In this document: one piece after another, positions 35,454 through 46,499 of the stretch | Position numbering within the stretch: the stretch's first letter is position 1 | Layout of the letters: each line of letters opens with the position of its first letter | Source: Azolla caroliniana | Lineage: Eukaryota; Plantae; Polypodiophyta | Assembly: GCA_043228905.1 (NCBI GenBank) | Contig: JBHGNT010000007.1 | Location: 17,794,001 to 17,858,000, forward strand | Length of the DNA stretch: 64,000 nt | Direction: 5' to 3' | Program-made: the position numbers and the translations under genes | Notes under the pieces: model-generated | Seen by the model: only the letters and a program-made list of their open reading frames with translations | Told to the model about the DNA's origin: nothing | Databases searched by the model: none

Positions 35454-35710
35454 TGGAGTCAGTATGCAAGCAAGAGTATGTTCGAGTTGTCTCTGAACTA
35501 GAGCATCTCTCGTCTTTGGAGCAAATAAGTTTGTGGCATTAGAACAAGAGAATCAATGATTGCTTGGAAATTTGCAGTTACAAGTAAGCATAGAAAAGGT
35601 ACAACAGTATGATGAGTTATCAACACGTGTATTGCAACTCGAAACAACATTGTGGTCTCTTCATCAACAAGCTTCAATGCAACAAACCTCTCCCAAAGAA
35701 CTGAAGATTT
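35454..35710 (+). pseudogene. Decayed chromovirus gag N-terminus
   Basis: MESVCKQEYVRVVSEL..NKFVALEQENQ*LLGNLQ..ELSTRVLQLETT aligns with MATVSAEEYQSVFSEF..KFHALEQENQRLLGDLQ..ELALRVQQLEAT at 19627. Confidence 0.75.
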
Positions 35711-36538
35711 GTTTGCATGGGGATATATAGTCTACTTTTTGTTCTTCTTTCTTAATAAAATCGTTGTCGGGGTTGCTACGCCCCTGCGTGCAGAAAGGAG
35801 GAGGGACCACGGGGGTCTTGGACCGAAGAGCAAGAGAGAGAGAGGAGAAGGAGAGGGAGACCCGATTACACAGAACCGAAGTTTGCACAGGGACACGGCC
35901 CAACAAACAGAGATCACAAATAAACGCCGACGCAGATGGACGCAACCACGAAAGATATGTACTTATGAATGCAAGAAAATAACAGGCTAAAGTGTTACAA
36001 CCCACGGCGGGGCACGAAATAGATACTAACGAAAACGAACAGGGCGGCGAACAGATGCCGACCCCTGTATGTCGCGACGCACGGAAAGGGGAAAACAGGT
36101 CGGAGGTGCTGCAGGACGCACTCGGGGCGTTCCACGGAACAGCGCAAGCCTCCTCGAAACCTGCACAGGTACGCGATGGAGCAGAAGACAGAGAAAGCAG
36201 GAGTGAGAGAGGAGCTTCGAAATCGGTTCGGCAGCACTTCGTCCTCTCCGCGCGAGATCCCCCATCTCTATTCTTCCTCTTCCTTTTATATCCCGTCAAG
36301 AGGCCGTTTGGCATTAACTGCATACCAACCGAATCTACCCACCTAGGATCCTCGTATGTACCTACTTCGTCCTTAGGTACTTCTTGGCGCGCGTGTGCGT
36401 GTAGAGCCGTTTCCCCCCCACGCCTTGTTCCTCCGATTCCCCTTGTGGGCGGTTTTCTTCACGACATCCGCCCCCACCTAACCGCGCATCCACCGGCATG
36501 CGCCAAATTAAGTTGGCACGGAGAAAACCGGCCCGCCT

Positions 36539-39500
36539 TTACTCTTCGCCTGCCGGCCCTTCCTCGGCCTCGGATCGGTCGTCGCTGCTGTCCAGGAGAA
36601 TCGGGTCGGGTTCGTCGTCGTGCCGCTTCTTGAAAGCTTTGATCCTCTTCCCGGCCACGGGTATCGCTATTCTCGTACCGTCGAGTTCCGCCAGATGATA
36701 CGTCCCGTTGTCGTTGGCGCTCTGTACCGTGTACGGCCCGAACCATCTCCGTGCGAACTTCCGCGTCGCTCGGTGCTGGTTGTCGAGGCTGCTGTCGTAG
36801 ACGAGCACCCAGTCACCTTGTTCGATCTTCTTCGGTCGGAGTCGGTGCGTTCGGTCGAACCTGGCCTTGTTCTTTATCCTCGCCACTCGGAGCCTTTCTG
36901 CAGCCGTCTCCACGTCCTCCGGTCTCCGTTCGAGTTGTCGTATACGCGCTGCCAACAAGTCCTCCCGGCTCATCTCGTCCCTCCAGTCGACCGTTGCCCA
37001 TGAGGAGATTGTTCGTTCCATCGGCATGATCGGCTTCTGGCCGAACATGAGCTCTGTCGGCATGTACCCGGTTACCGAACTGTGCGTAGTCCGGTCGGCC
37101 CACAAAGCATAAGGTAGAAGTCGCGGCCAGTTACCGATTTGGCCCCCGCATGCCCGAACCAGCGCTTTAACGATCGGTCCGTGTCCGCGCTCCACCTTTC
37201 CATTCGCCTCCGGGTTGTACGCAGTGGTGAGCGAGAGTTTGACTCCCAGCCGATCAAACAGCTCCGCGGCTTCCTCGGTGTCCAACTCCCCTCGGTCAGC
37301 CACGATCTTCCCGACGCACCCGTACCGGCATATCACGTCTTCGATCAGGAACCGACACACGGCCGCGGTCGTCTTATTCTGAAGGGCTCGGCCTTCCACC
37401 TGGTTCATCAGGTCTTCCCGCGCTAGGACCAGATACCGCATCTGTCCTACCCCCATCGGCATCGTCACTAGATCTACCATCCATTTGAAGTGGATAGTCG
37501 GAGGGTACGTAGGGCGAAGCCCGTCCCGGTGTCGGACTATCGAGTGCATCTGACAACTCTCGCAAGTTGACATGAACCGATGCACGTCCCGGTACAATCC
37601 CGGCCACCAGTACTTCCCCTTCAGCTTCTCAAATGTCGCCCACGTTCCACGGTGTCCAGCCCAAGGGCTGTCGTGGTAGGCCGCCAGTAGCTCCTCCTGT
37701 TCTTCCTTCATCGCCACCACCCGGAGCGGGACGCCGTTCCTCTTCTTCGGGTGCTTCCACAAATGCCCATCTCGGAGAAAGAATCGATATGCTTTCTTCC
37801 GGATCCGGTTGGCCTCGTCCTTCGTCCACGACGCATCGGGCGTCATTGTCTTCAAAAACCCGCCGATCTGCAGCCACTCCCCGTCGTACTTGCTCGCGTC
37901 GAACTCGTTAAGCGCCGGAGTGCTCATCCCGTCGGTCGTCATGTATGCCGCCTCGAAGAAATCCACGCCGACTTCTTCGTCTTCCGAAACCATGCCGCCC
38001 TCGTCGTCGAACCTCGCTCTTGAAAGCATGTCGGCCATGGCGTTGTCTTTCCCGGAAATGTGTCGTATTTCCGGGTCCAGGGACTTGATGTACGCTATCC
38101 ACCTGAGCATCGCCAGGTCCGGAGTCGCGCATCCGGAAACCATACCGAGAATCGGCAGGCAATCCGTCTCGATGATCACTTCTGTCCCTATCAGGTAGTC
38201 TTTGTCGGCCTTAACCGCCGAAACAATACCCCAGAGTTCGCGTTTAACCTGGGCGTATCCTCGCTGCCGTTCACTGAGGACTTTCGCGCCGAATCGGATC
38301 GGAAACCGATTGCCGTCCTCGTCTTCCTGGTTCACGACCCATCCGATCCCGGTCGGACTGGTATCCACCGTTATGAATACCGGGGTACCCTTCCCGTATA
38401 CCGCCTTCCGAAGTGCCGGTGCCGCTGCAAGAGCCTCTTTCAGCTTCCGGACCGATTCCGCGTGCTCGTCTAGCCATTCGAACCTTCGCCCCTTTTTCAG
38501 CAACCCGTACAGAGGCTCCGCGACGTGTGCGTAATGCGGGATCCATATGTGGTAGAACGCGCATGCCCCCAGGAATCTCCGTACTTCCGTGACCGAGCTG
38601 CAGTCGGGCTTCATCGCGGAGATGGCTTCTATCTTTGCCGGAGACGGTTTCCGGCCATATGGTCCGCACAGGTGTCCGACCACCATGATTTCTGACTGCC
38701 CGAAGGCCGACTTCTCCCCGGAGAAGGTGAGTCTCGCATCCTCTAGCCTTTGCAGCACCTTCTCGCAGTCGTCGATGTGCGTCGCCACGAATCGCCGGCA
38801 TCCGTCCGGCCCGATCGTCTCGTCCCTTTCTTCCACCGGGCATCCCTTGATCGGGATGTCGTCCAGAAACGGCATGGTGATGTCCGGGATACAGTCCCTT
38901 AGAACCTTGTTCATCGCATTCACCATGTGGGCCACCGAGTTGGTCCCTCCTTGCGGCAGTGTACACATCCGAACTAGGCCGAGGGGAGTTCGCATCGTCG
39001 TAATGTCTTTGCTCTCCACGGCTAGCTGGAACTGGTCGTACCCTGAGTATAGATCCCCGACCGAGTAAATTGACCTCCCGGCGAAGGCCTCCGCGAACTC
39101 GTCTATGGTCGGTCCGATCCCTGCGTTCCGAATGGTCACTCGATTGACCGGCTGCAGGTCCTGGATGAAGCGCAACGAACCGTTTTTCTTCGGTACGGTA
39201 AACCATCGATTCGAATATGGGGCGCTCGACGGCTCGAGAATTCCCATATCAACTTTCTGCCTCAGCAGCTCCATCAACTTCGGGATGTGAGCTCTCGGAA
39301 CCGGGATTGGCTTGAGATTCCATGGTACATGCGGTACCGTGAATATCACCATCGGCTCCACGATCGTCGGGTCAACGCACCCGATTTCCTCCGGCGAGAA
39401 TGCGAAGGCTTTCCCGTGCCTTCCGAGCATTCTCCGAAACCGGTCTTCCTCCGCCGGCAGTAGGAACCCGCCCCCACCGATTTTGAGCTCTCGGAGCGTC

Positions 39501-40036
39501 TCGTCGGCGAAGGTGTGTCCTATGCAGGCCGGATCTCGTAGACTAGGGTCCGATGCAACCCCTTTGATTCTCGACGCGCTGTCCTCCGGTAAGGGTGCCG
39601 CGACCGGCCTTACCTTCCGGTCCACAGTCTTGTACTTGGTGCTTACGTGGGCCATCCGAACTGACTCGAGCCCTCGACCGAAGTCCGCGATGACTCCGTA
39701 CATCTTCTCGGAACACACCGGTATCGTCCGGTCTTCGTTAAGGCCTTCTTCAACTACCTTTCCCAGCATTCCCAAGGTGTCGTCGAATGAGACCACCTCC
39801 ACGGCTCCGTTGATTTCCTCGTCAGGGCCGAGAACTCCGCACGCTCGAAGTCTCCCCTCCGCCTTTGTCTTCTCTCGGCCGCCGATGCCGACTATCGTAC
39901 ACGCTCCGCTGTCGGAGAACAAAAATTCCCTACCTATGGTACAAGGTTTCTTCGGTTTTATCGTACAGGTGTGGGGTTTTCCCGGGGTGTCCGGACTGTC
40001 GCGGCCCCACGCCTTGGCAGCCCTCTCTAAAAATCC
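36539..40036 (-). CDS. pol: RT-RNaseH-integrase (ORF2) of the Ylt1-like element, in the -1 frame relative to ORF1
   Basis: Open from GGATTTT (40036) to TAA (36539): YKTVDRKVRPV, DLYSGYDQ, LPQGGTNS, FLDDIPIKG, VDTSPTGIG, HHCC, DDE and GPY; no chromodomain. Confidence 0.93.
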   Translation of the reverse strand, partial: GFLERAAKAWGRDSPDTPGKPHTCTIKPKKPCTIGREFLFSDSGACTIVGIGGREKTKAEGRLRACGVLGPDEEINGAVEVVSFDDTLGMLGKVVEEGLNEDRTIPVCSEKMYGVIADFGRGLESVRMAHVSTKYKTVDRKVRPVAAPLPEDSASRIKGVASDPSLRDPACIGHTFADETLRELKIGGGGFLLPAEEDRFRRMLGRHGKAFAFSPEEIGCVDPTIVEPMVIFTVPHVPWNLKPIPVPRAHIPKLMELLRQKVDMGILEPSSAPYSNRWFTVPKKNGSLRFIQDLQPVNRVTIRNAGIGPTIDEFAEAFAGRSIYSVGDLYSGYDQFQLAVESKDITTMRTPLGLVRMCTLPQGGTNSVAHMVNAMNKVLRDCIPDITMPFLDDIPIKGCPVEERDETIGPDGCRRFVATHIDDCEKVLQRLEDARLTFSGEKSAFGQSEIMVVGHLCGPYGRKPSPAKIEAISAMKPDCSSVTEVRRFLGACAFYHIWIPHYAHVAEPLYGLLKKGRRFEWLDEHAESVRKLKEALAAAPALRKAVYGKGTPVFITVDTSPTGIGWVVNQEDEDGNRFPIRFGAKVLSERQRGYAQVKRELWGIVSAVKADKDYLIGTEVIIETDCLPILGMVSGCATPDLAMLRWIAYIKSLDPEIRHISGKDNAMADMLSRARFDDEGGMVSEDEEVGVDFFEAAYMTTDGMSTPALNEFDASKYDGEWLQIGGFLKTMTPDASWTKDEANRIRKKAYRFFLRDGHLWKHPKKRNGVPLRVVAMKEEQEELLAAYHDSPWAGHRGTWATFEKLKGKYWWPGLYRDVHRFMSTCESCQMHSIVRHRDGLRPTYPPTIHFKWMVDLVTMPMGVGQMRYLVLAREDLMNQVEGRALQNKTTAAVCRFLIEDVICRYGCVGKIVADRGELDTEEAAELFDRLGVKLSLTTAYNPEANGKVERGHGPIVKALVRACGGQIGNWPRLLPYALWADRTTHSSVTGYMPTELMFGQKPIMPMERTISSWATVDWRDEMSREDLLAARIRQLERRPEDVETAAERLRVARIKNKARFDRTHRLRPKKIEQGDWVLVYDSSLDNQHRATRKFARRWFGPYTVQSANDNGTYHLAELDGTRIAIPVAGKRIKAFKKRHDDEPDPILLDSSDDRSEAEEGPAGEE

Positions 40037-42153
40037 TCTCGGTTGTCGGAACCGAGGGAGTCGCGGTTACGCTCGTGGTTCGGCCTAACCGTCAAAAACT
40101 GGACCGAATGGCGCCCGTCCTGGCTCTTGACCCGCGCATAGGCCGAACCGTTGTCCAGCACCTTGGTCTCCATTCGCGCCGCCGTGATGTACGGCTCTCC
40201 CAGTATGACCGGATGCGAAGACGTCTCCTGCACGAAGAAGTGCTGGTCAATCTCGACGTCGCCGATCTTGACTCGCACATTCGGACAGGCCCCGTGCAGT
40301 TCCTCGGTGGCGCGCGTTGCTGCCCTTATTTTCCACCCGTGCTTGGTGTTGATCGGCCATTTGCCCTTCTTATAGAAGTCCATGGACATCAAATTGATCT
40401 CCGATCCGTGGTCCACCAAAGCTATCACCGGTTCCTGGACATCGCCGATCTTCACCGGGGTTTCCGTGGTCGCTCGGGCCCAGTGTGGTCTCGAATAGTG
40501 GCTTTCCGCCCACTCGTCTCCCAGCGCCATGTCGTCTAGGTGCGTCGCCCGCACTTCCACCGGTCTTTCCGGTTCTGTCTCCGTCGACAGCCTCTTCCGT
40601 TTCACCAAGTCCACGATGGAGTCGTGGAACTCCTTCTTGGCGATTCCCAGCACCTCTCGTAACGACAGCTCCACCTTGCTGTCGAGGATCCGTTCCTCCA
40701 GGACCTTTCGTAAGTCCGTGGTCCTTTCTATCTCCGTCCCCAGACGGTACCCGCCCTTCTGGGGTTTATCTTGCGTACCGGCCCCGCCGGCTTCGTCCCG
40801 TCGTGGCCCGGACCGGGTCTCATATCGTTGTGAGGGCCCGGTCGTCCCGGGTCTCCCCACCCGCTTCTCTTCTACCAGAGCCTCGTAGTTCTGGCAAGCA
40901 GCTTCCACGAAGCCCGTCCTTCCCTCGACCGGGTCGCTCCACCCGGTCATCTCCCGTACCCGTTTCTCCGCACGGTCCGATTCCTCCCTCTTCATCCTCG
41001 TATCGGCAAGGCCTTCCAGCACCGTTGGCCAGAATCCGGCTTTGCTTTCCCTCCGGGCCTCGCCGCCCCCGACTCGAATGCCGGCCGACGCCGAGTAGTG
41101 GACGGTTTCCGCGTGTCGGGCCGCCGCCTCTTCCATCACCCTTTTCATACCGCCTTTTCCGTCGTTTCGGCTCAGGGCCCTTCGGGTGTCGCTGGCATGC
41201 ACCCGTCCTTCCCACAGGTACACCACCCTGTTCCTCAGCGCCTCCGCGAAGTCGCCGCAGTCCTTCCGAATGTGGCCGACTTCATCGCACCACATGCACC
41301 TGTTTCCTGCCGCCGGCCGTCGGTCACGAGCCGGTTCGCCTCCTTCCCTTCGGGCCTGCGCGATTTGGAGGTCCTTTATCGCCTTCGTCAATTCCTCCAG
41401 CGCCGCTCCTCCGGTTGAGCCTCTGACTACGCCGGTCGAAACCGAGCCGGTTTCCAACCATTCCCGGGTCTCTTCCCTGCGCACCTGTGGCGCTGGTTCG
41501 AGCTTCCATGCTGCGACCGAGCCCGACCCGGTCGCCCCGTTATCCGCCCATTCTCGCCGTTTGTCGAAACGGCCACAGACCTTCTTGACAGCCGCCCAGT
41601 CGGTAGTGAGCCCGTCTTCGGTTTCCAGCAAGAGGCCCACGTGCTCCCGATCCCGCTCGTCGACCGACCTGACAAACAGCAAGACCCGGCTCGTGTCCAG
41701 GATGGTTCGGTCGAGCGCCGAAAGGCGCGCAAAGTTTCCCTCGAACTCCCGGAGGAGCGCCGACGCGTTTCTTCCCTTCCCCGGGGACTCCACCCATTCC
41801 ATGAACCTTCGCTTCGAAAGCCGGAGCGCGTCGTCCAGCCCGTATTTCTCCAGGAGCCGACCTTCGAACTCCTCCCAGGTACGGCTCTCCGTCCGCACCT
41901 CGAGCACCTCCGCATGGATGCTCGGCATCGCTACTCGGGGAAATCCGGCAAGACGCCTTTCTTCCGGAATGTCCCGCATCAGCATCTCTGCACCGTAGGA
42001 CGCCAAATACTTCGTGGCATCCTTCCCATCGAACCGGCCAATCGTGCCGACGACCGCCTCAATAGCTCTGTCGAGGGCACCGGTGCTCTCGCGCGCGTTT
42101 ACAATCCGATCCACGGCCGAAGCCATGGCCTCTGCGAGATCCGACCCCCTCAT
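40027..42153 (-). CDS. gag: Gag-protease polyprotein (ORF1) of the Ylt1-like element
   Basis: First ATG after the PBS at 42153; RFDGKDATKYL, zinc knuckle CMWCDEVGHIRKDC, protease ALVDHGSEINLMS..VILGEPY; ends GAT TTT TAG. Confidence 0.88.
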   Translation of the reverse strand: MRGSDLAEAMASAVDRIVNARESTGALDRAIEAVVGTIGRFDGKDATKYLASYGAEMLMRDIPEERRLAGFPRVAMPSIHAEVLEVRTESRTWEEFEGRLLEKYGLDDALRLSKRRFMEWVESPGKGRNASALLREFEGNFARLSALDRTILDTSRVLLFVRSVDERDREHVGLLLETEDGLTTDWAAVKKVCGRFDKRREWADNGATGSGSVAAWKLEPAPQVRREETREWLETGSVSTGVVRGSTGGAALEELTKAIKDLQIAQARREGGEPARDRRPAAGNRCMWCDEVGHIRKDCGDFAEALRNRVVYLWEGRVHASDTRRALSRNDGKGGMKRVMEEAAARHAETVHYSASAGIRVGGGEARRESKAGFWPTVLEGLADTRMKREESDRAEKRVREMTGWSDPVEGRTGFVEAACQNYEALVEEKRVGRPGTTGPSQRYETRSGPRRDEAGGAGTQDKPQKGGYRLGTEIERTTDLRKVLEERILDSKVELSLREVLGIAKKEFHDSIVDLVKRKRLSTETEPERPVEVRATHLDDMALGDEWAESHYSRPHWARATTETPVKIGDVQEPVIALVDHGSEINLMSMDFYKKGKWPINTKHGWKIRAATRATEELHGACPNVRVKIGDVEIDQHFFVQETSSHPVILGEPYITAARMETKVLDNGSAYARVKSQDGRHSVQFLTVRPNHERNRDSLGSDNREDF

Positions 42154-43620
42154 TTCCTGCTCTTCTGCCGCCTCCTTCACGTCGGGTTCACCAAAGATGT
42201 CGGGGTTGCTACGCCCCTGCGTGCAGAAAGGAGGAGGGACCACGGGGGTCTTGGACCGAAGAGCAAGAGAGAGAGAGGAGAAGGAGAGGGAGACCCGATT
42301 ACACAGAACCGAAGTTTGCACAGGGACACGGCCCAACAAACAGAGATCACAAATAAACGCCGACGCAGATGGACGCAACCACGAAAGATATGTACTTATG
42401 AATGCAAGAAAATAACAGGCTAAAGTGTTACAACCCACGGCGGGGCACGAAATAGATACTAACGAAAACGAACAGGGCGGCGAACAGATGCCGACCCCTG
42501 TATGTCGCGACGCACGGAAAGGGGAAAACAGGTCGGAGGTGCTGCAGGACGCACTCGGGGCGTTCCACGGAACAGCGCAAGCCTCCTCGAAACCTGCACA
42601 GGTACGCGATGGAGCAGAAGACAGAGAAAGCAGGAGTGAGAGAGGAGCTTCGAAATCGGTTCGGCAGCACTTCGTCCTCTCCGCGCGAGATCCCCCATCT
42701 CTATTCTTCCTCTTCCTTTTATATCCCGTCAAGAGGCCGTTTGGCATTAACTGCATACCAACCGAATCTACCCACCTAGGATCCTCGTATGTACCTACTT
42801 CGTCCTTAGGTACTTCTTGGCGCGCGTGTGCGTGTAGAGCCGTTTCCCCCCCACGCCTTGTTCCTCCGATTCCCCTTGTGGGCGGTTTTCTTCACGACAT
42901 CGTGTCTTCTTCTTTTTTTCCAGGAAAATATCCTTTCATTAGTTATGAACAATTATTACAATAAAGTTGAGCTACCATCAAGCTACCACTGATATGTTGC
43001 ATTCTTCCTTAGGTCCCATCCCTCAAGGATAAATAGTATGAACACTCCACCAGTCCTTAACCAAGTTATGTGATTGGTGTTGGGAACAACCATACTGGTG
43101 GTGCTAAGCACCATTTGGGTCTTGAATTTTGTAATGTGAGAAAAGGGGCATTCTTCCAATAGGCAATAAATTCAAGGCATTGCAACACTACAACATCTAT
43201 CTCACCTTTAATATCCTCATGCCGCCCTTTCAAGGTATGCACAATCTCTATCTAGACATTCCGTACATTTTCCACTGGTTGAACAGTAGTATTACCAAAC
43301 ACCTTAGAACACCTAACAATCCAAATAAACCACATTGTGGTGGTGCATAGTAGCTCCCATACTTCTTGCATTGCCTTTAACATGTAAGGAGATTCAATAT
43401 GACTTCGTTGCACCACCAATATCATTCCTCTTTGAATTCTAATAATCGTGTCATTTGGACATGCCTCATATAGCCACATCATTTGTGTCACTGTAGCCCA
43501 GACTACCATACCCCACAAAAACTGCAATCCCTAGACATAAAGGCTAGAACTCGAAACACTCGTCTCCAAACTTGTTGTGCAACATGACATTCCCACAAGC
43601 AATGTTTCAATGTCTGCATC

Positions 43621-45237
43621 TGTTGAGCGGCAAGCTCAATTGGAGCCGGATCGGCTGGATCAAGGTTGTTAGGTACATTAGGTACGGTACGGATACCATA
43701 CGTATTTAACGTATTAATACCCGTATAGTACCTCCCAATTTAAAAATACGTTAAATACGTTTTCTTAATATGTTAAATACTTATAAAATACGTAAAATAC
43801 GTATTTTACGTATAGTACGTTAAATACTTCTAGAATTTGAAAATTATTTACCTTTCTAAAAGAAATCTATAATATTGTAAAAAACATCTATGTTTACACA
43901 ATTTTGTGATATACAATATAGTTCTACATCCTAAAATGCATATAAGACATTTGAACATTTTACATCCTAAAATACTTGTAGTAATATGGATGTCGACATT
44001 CCCTTATTCTATAAATCAGTGTAAGTGTGTATCAAATTGTAATTATTTACAATTATGCCTTCATAGATTGAGGAATCGTTTACGATTATCACGCTCATGA
44101 TAGGTTTCTCTTTTCTTCGTCTTCTTCATCTTCTATCTTTTGCGATTATCACACTCAAGACAGGTTTATGTCTTCTTTTCTCCCTTCTTCTTCTTCTTCT
44201 TCTTCACCTTCTTCATCGTCATCTCTTCTACTCTTCTTTCTTCCTTCCTTTGGCTTCTTTTTCACTAAAATCTTTTTTTTCTTTTGCTTTTTGTTAGGGT
44301 TTTACTTACATTTTCTTTATAAGTACGTATTATACCTGTTTTTTTATAAAAACATTAAATACCATATTGGACAAACGTATATGATATTTGACTGAACAAC
44401 ATTGAGGTATAGTACGTACTATACAAATGATGAGGTACTATACGTATTTAAACGTTAAATACGGGTATGTAAACAACCATGGGCTGGATAAGCCTGAGCC
44501 GGTGAGCACCCGGTGAGCAAAAGAGCCGGTGAGTTGGGGAGCCGGTTAGCCGGATCCATCAATAACCGGAAGCCTAGTAGCAGCTAGACTACTAGGGAGT
44601 TATTACTCTCGTAGTTAGTGTCAGACGCTCGAGTGAGCATTGAAGTACACCATACTTTTGTCAGTCTGTATGGACTTGTATAAAAGTGTTCGCTAAACAC
44701 ATACGATGTACAGAGCATTGAGATAATTTTTGGAATAGAGATTCTTGCTCTCTCTGTCTCTCCCGTGTACTGTTAAGCTCTCCATTAAACCTGTTCTCTG
44801 TTTTTTGTTTCTTATTGCTTCCACACGCTATTTGTTTTTACATGGTATCAGAGCTTGTTGAGCGGCAAGCTCAATTGGAGTCGGATCGGCTGGATAAGCC
44901 TGAGCCGGTGAGCCGGTGAGCCGGTGAGTTGGGGAGCCGGTTAGCTGGATCCATCAGTAACCGGAAGCCTAGTAGCAGTTAGACTACTAGGGAGTTATTA
45001 CTCTCGTAGTTAGTGTCAGACGCTCGAGTGAGCATTGAAGTACACCGTACTTCTGTCAGTCCGTATGGACTTGTATAAAAGTGTTCACTGAACACATACG
45101 ATGTACAAAGCGTTGAGATAATTTTTGGACTAGAGATTCTTGCTCTCTCTGTCTCTCCCGCGTACTATTAAGCTCTCCATTAAACTTGTTCTCTGTTTTT
45201 TGTTTCTTATTGCTTCCGCACGCTATTTGTTTTTATA
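43621..45237 (+). mobile_element. Ty1/copia LTR-PBS-LTR minimal structure (LTRs 43621-44842 and 44856-45237), same family as 57396-63253
   Basis: TGTTGAGCGGCAAGC LTR starts at 43621 and 44856 with only TGGTATCAGAGCT between the LTRs; flanks GCATC / CCATC (4/5 TSD). Confidence 0.88.
43661..44481. mobile_element. Non-autonomous hAT-type element (821 bp) inserted in a copia LTR
   Basis: TIRs CAAGGTTGTT / AACAACCATG; perfect 8-bp TSD GGCTGGAT at 43653-43660 and 44482-44489; TACG subterminal repeats. Confidence 0.9.
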
Positions 45238-46499
45238 CCATCTAACAATGACAATAGATGCATGCGTTCGGTCGAGCTGATTGTTGTAGCCACTGGCCAA
45301 CTGGTAATGCTCTATGTATTACTAGCCATTGGAAGACATTTATTTTCATATCTTGCTTCCTTTTCCATAATTTTCTCCAAAACTTTGCTAGGAATTCAGA
45401 TGTGATCCCTTGATGGGTTCAAAATTAACTAGCTCGTGGTGTAGTCCTACGTTGAGCTGCCAAAATGTGTCGTCCAATCATAACTGAGTACTGAAAAAAA
45501 CCACACCTTTTTTCCGCACGATCAAATGGATCTTTCCACCAAAATTCTCTCGGATCCATTTGCAACCTTATCAAAGGTTTCTTTTAAAAAGTTCTCAGTT
45601 TCCAATGCTCCTTGATTGCATCAACTTGTGGGTTGATGATCCACTTAGATCCGTCATAAGCAAGGATCATTATTTTAGAGAATGTAGCATATTGCAAGAT
45701 CTCTGGTTGTATCGTTGCTCTACATATACTACCATCTTCCTCCACATCATAGTCTTGACATCGTCCGCAAGACAAATGTCCCCTTACCCCCACTAGCACT
45801 TGAAGCCTCACAAATGCCCCTTCCCACTTGGGAGGATTAAAGGACCATATCGTAGAGGCTGAGTGCCCCAAAACCGACTGCACCTGGTCCCCCATAATCC
45901 GCCCCCCTCTCAAGGACATCCCTGGAGGACAGACCGAGTAATGTTAAACCGAGGTCCTACTCCACCTGCCAACAACACCTGACTATAAGCGTTTCTATAA
46001 AGACAAGAAACACCCTTAATACATGCCGTGTTGAAGCCCAAGTGATGCATAGTACCTTCCAAAAAATCACAGTCAACCCTATCATACGCTTTCTCAAAAT
46101 CTAAAAGCAACACAACTAGGTTTTGTTTGTTTTTAACCGCTATCGCAGTGGCCTCCCAAAATGTAAAAACATTATCCATAATACTCCTTTCCCTCATAAA
46201 ACCATTTTGCGATACATGAATTATCTTTGGTAGTATGTCTTGTAATCGAGAACTAAGCAACTTAACAAATATTTTATAACTAGTCCCGGGGGTTTCACTG
46301 TCAAAACTTGTATGATAGCAAGTGAGTTCATCAAAAGGGGTTTAAATTAGTCACTGAGATACAGAATGTATATATATATAAGGGTATTAATAAATATTTT
46401 GAAAATATATTTACATAAGGGTATTATCAATTATGCTTGAAATTTTTTTTTATATAAGCCCATGAAATATTAGATATGTCAATGAGATAGTAAAGAATA

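Larger units (their letters stand above)
35765..42899 (-). mobile_element. Intact autonomous non-chromoviral Ty3/gypsy element of the fungal Ylt1-like type; 5' LTR 42899-42198, 3' LTR 36466-35765
   Basis: Two 702-bp LTRs identical by eye; 4-bp TSD TCGT at 35761-35764 and 42900-42903; tRNA-Trp PBS at 42193-42176; PPT-like AGGTGGGGGCGGA; two intact ORFs. Confidence 0.95.

Noticed and set aside
36620-42420. Plus-strand ORFs antisense to the Ylt1-like gag/pol
   Set aside because: Expected shadow ORFs of GC-rich coding sequence; no independent motifs.
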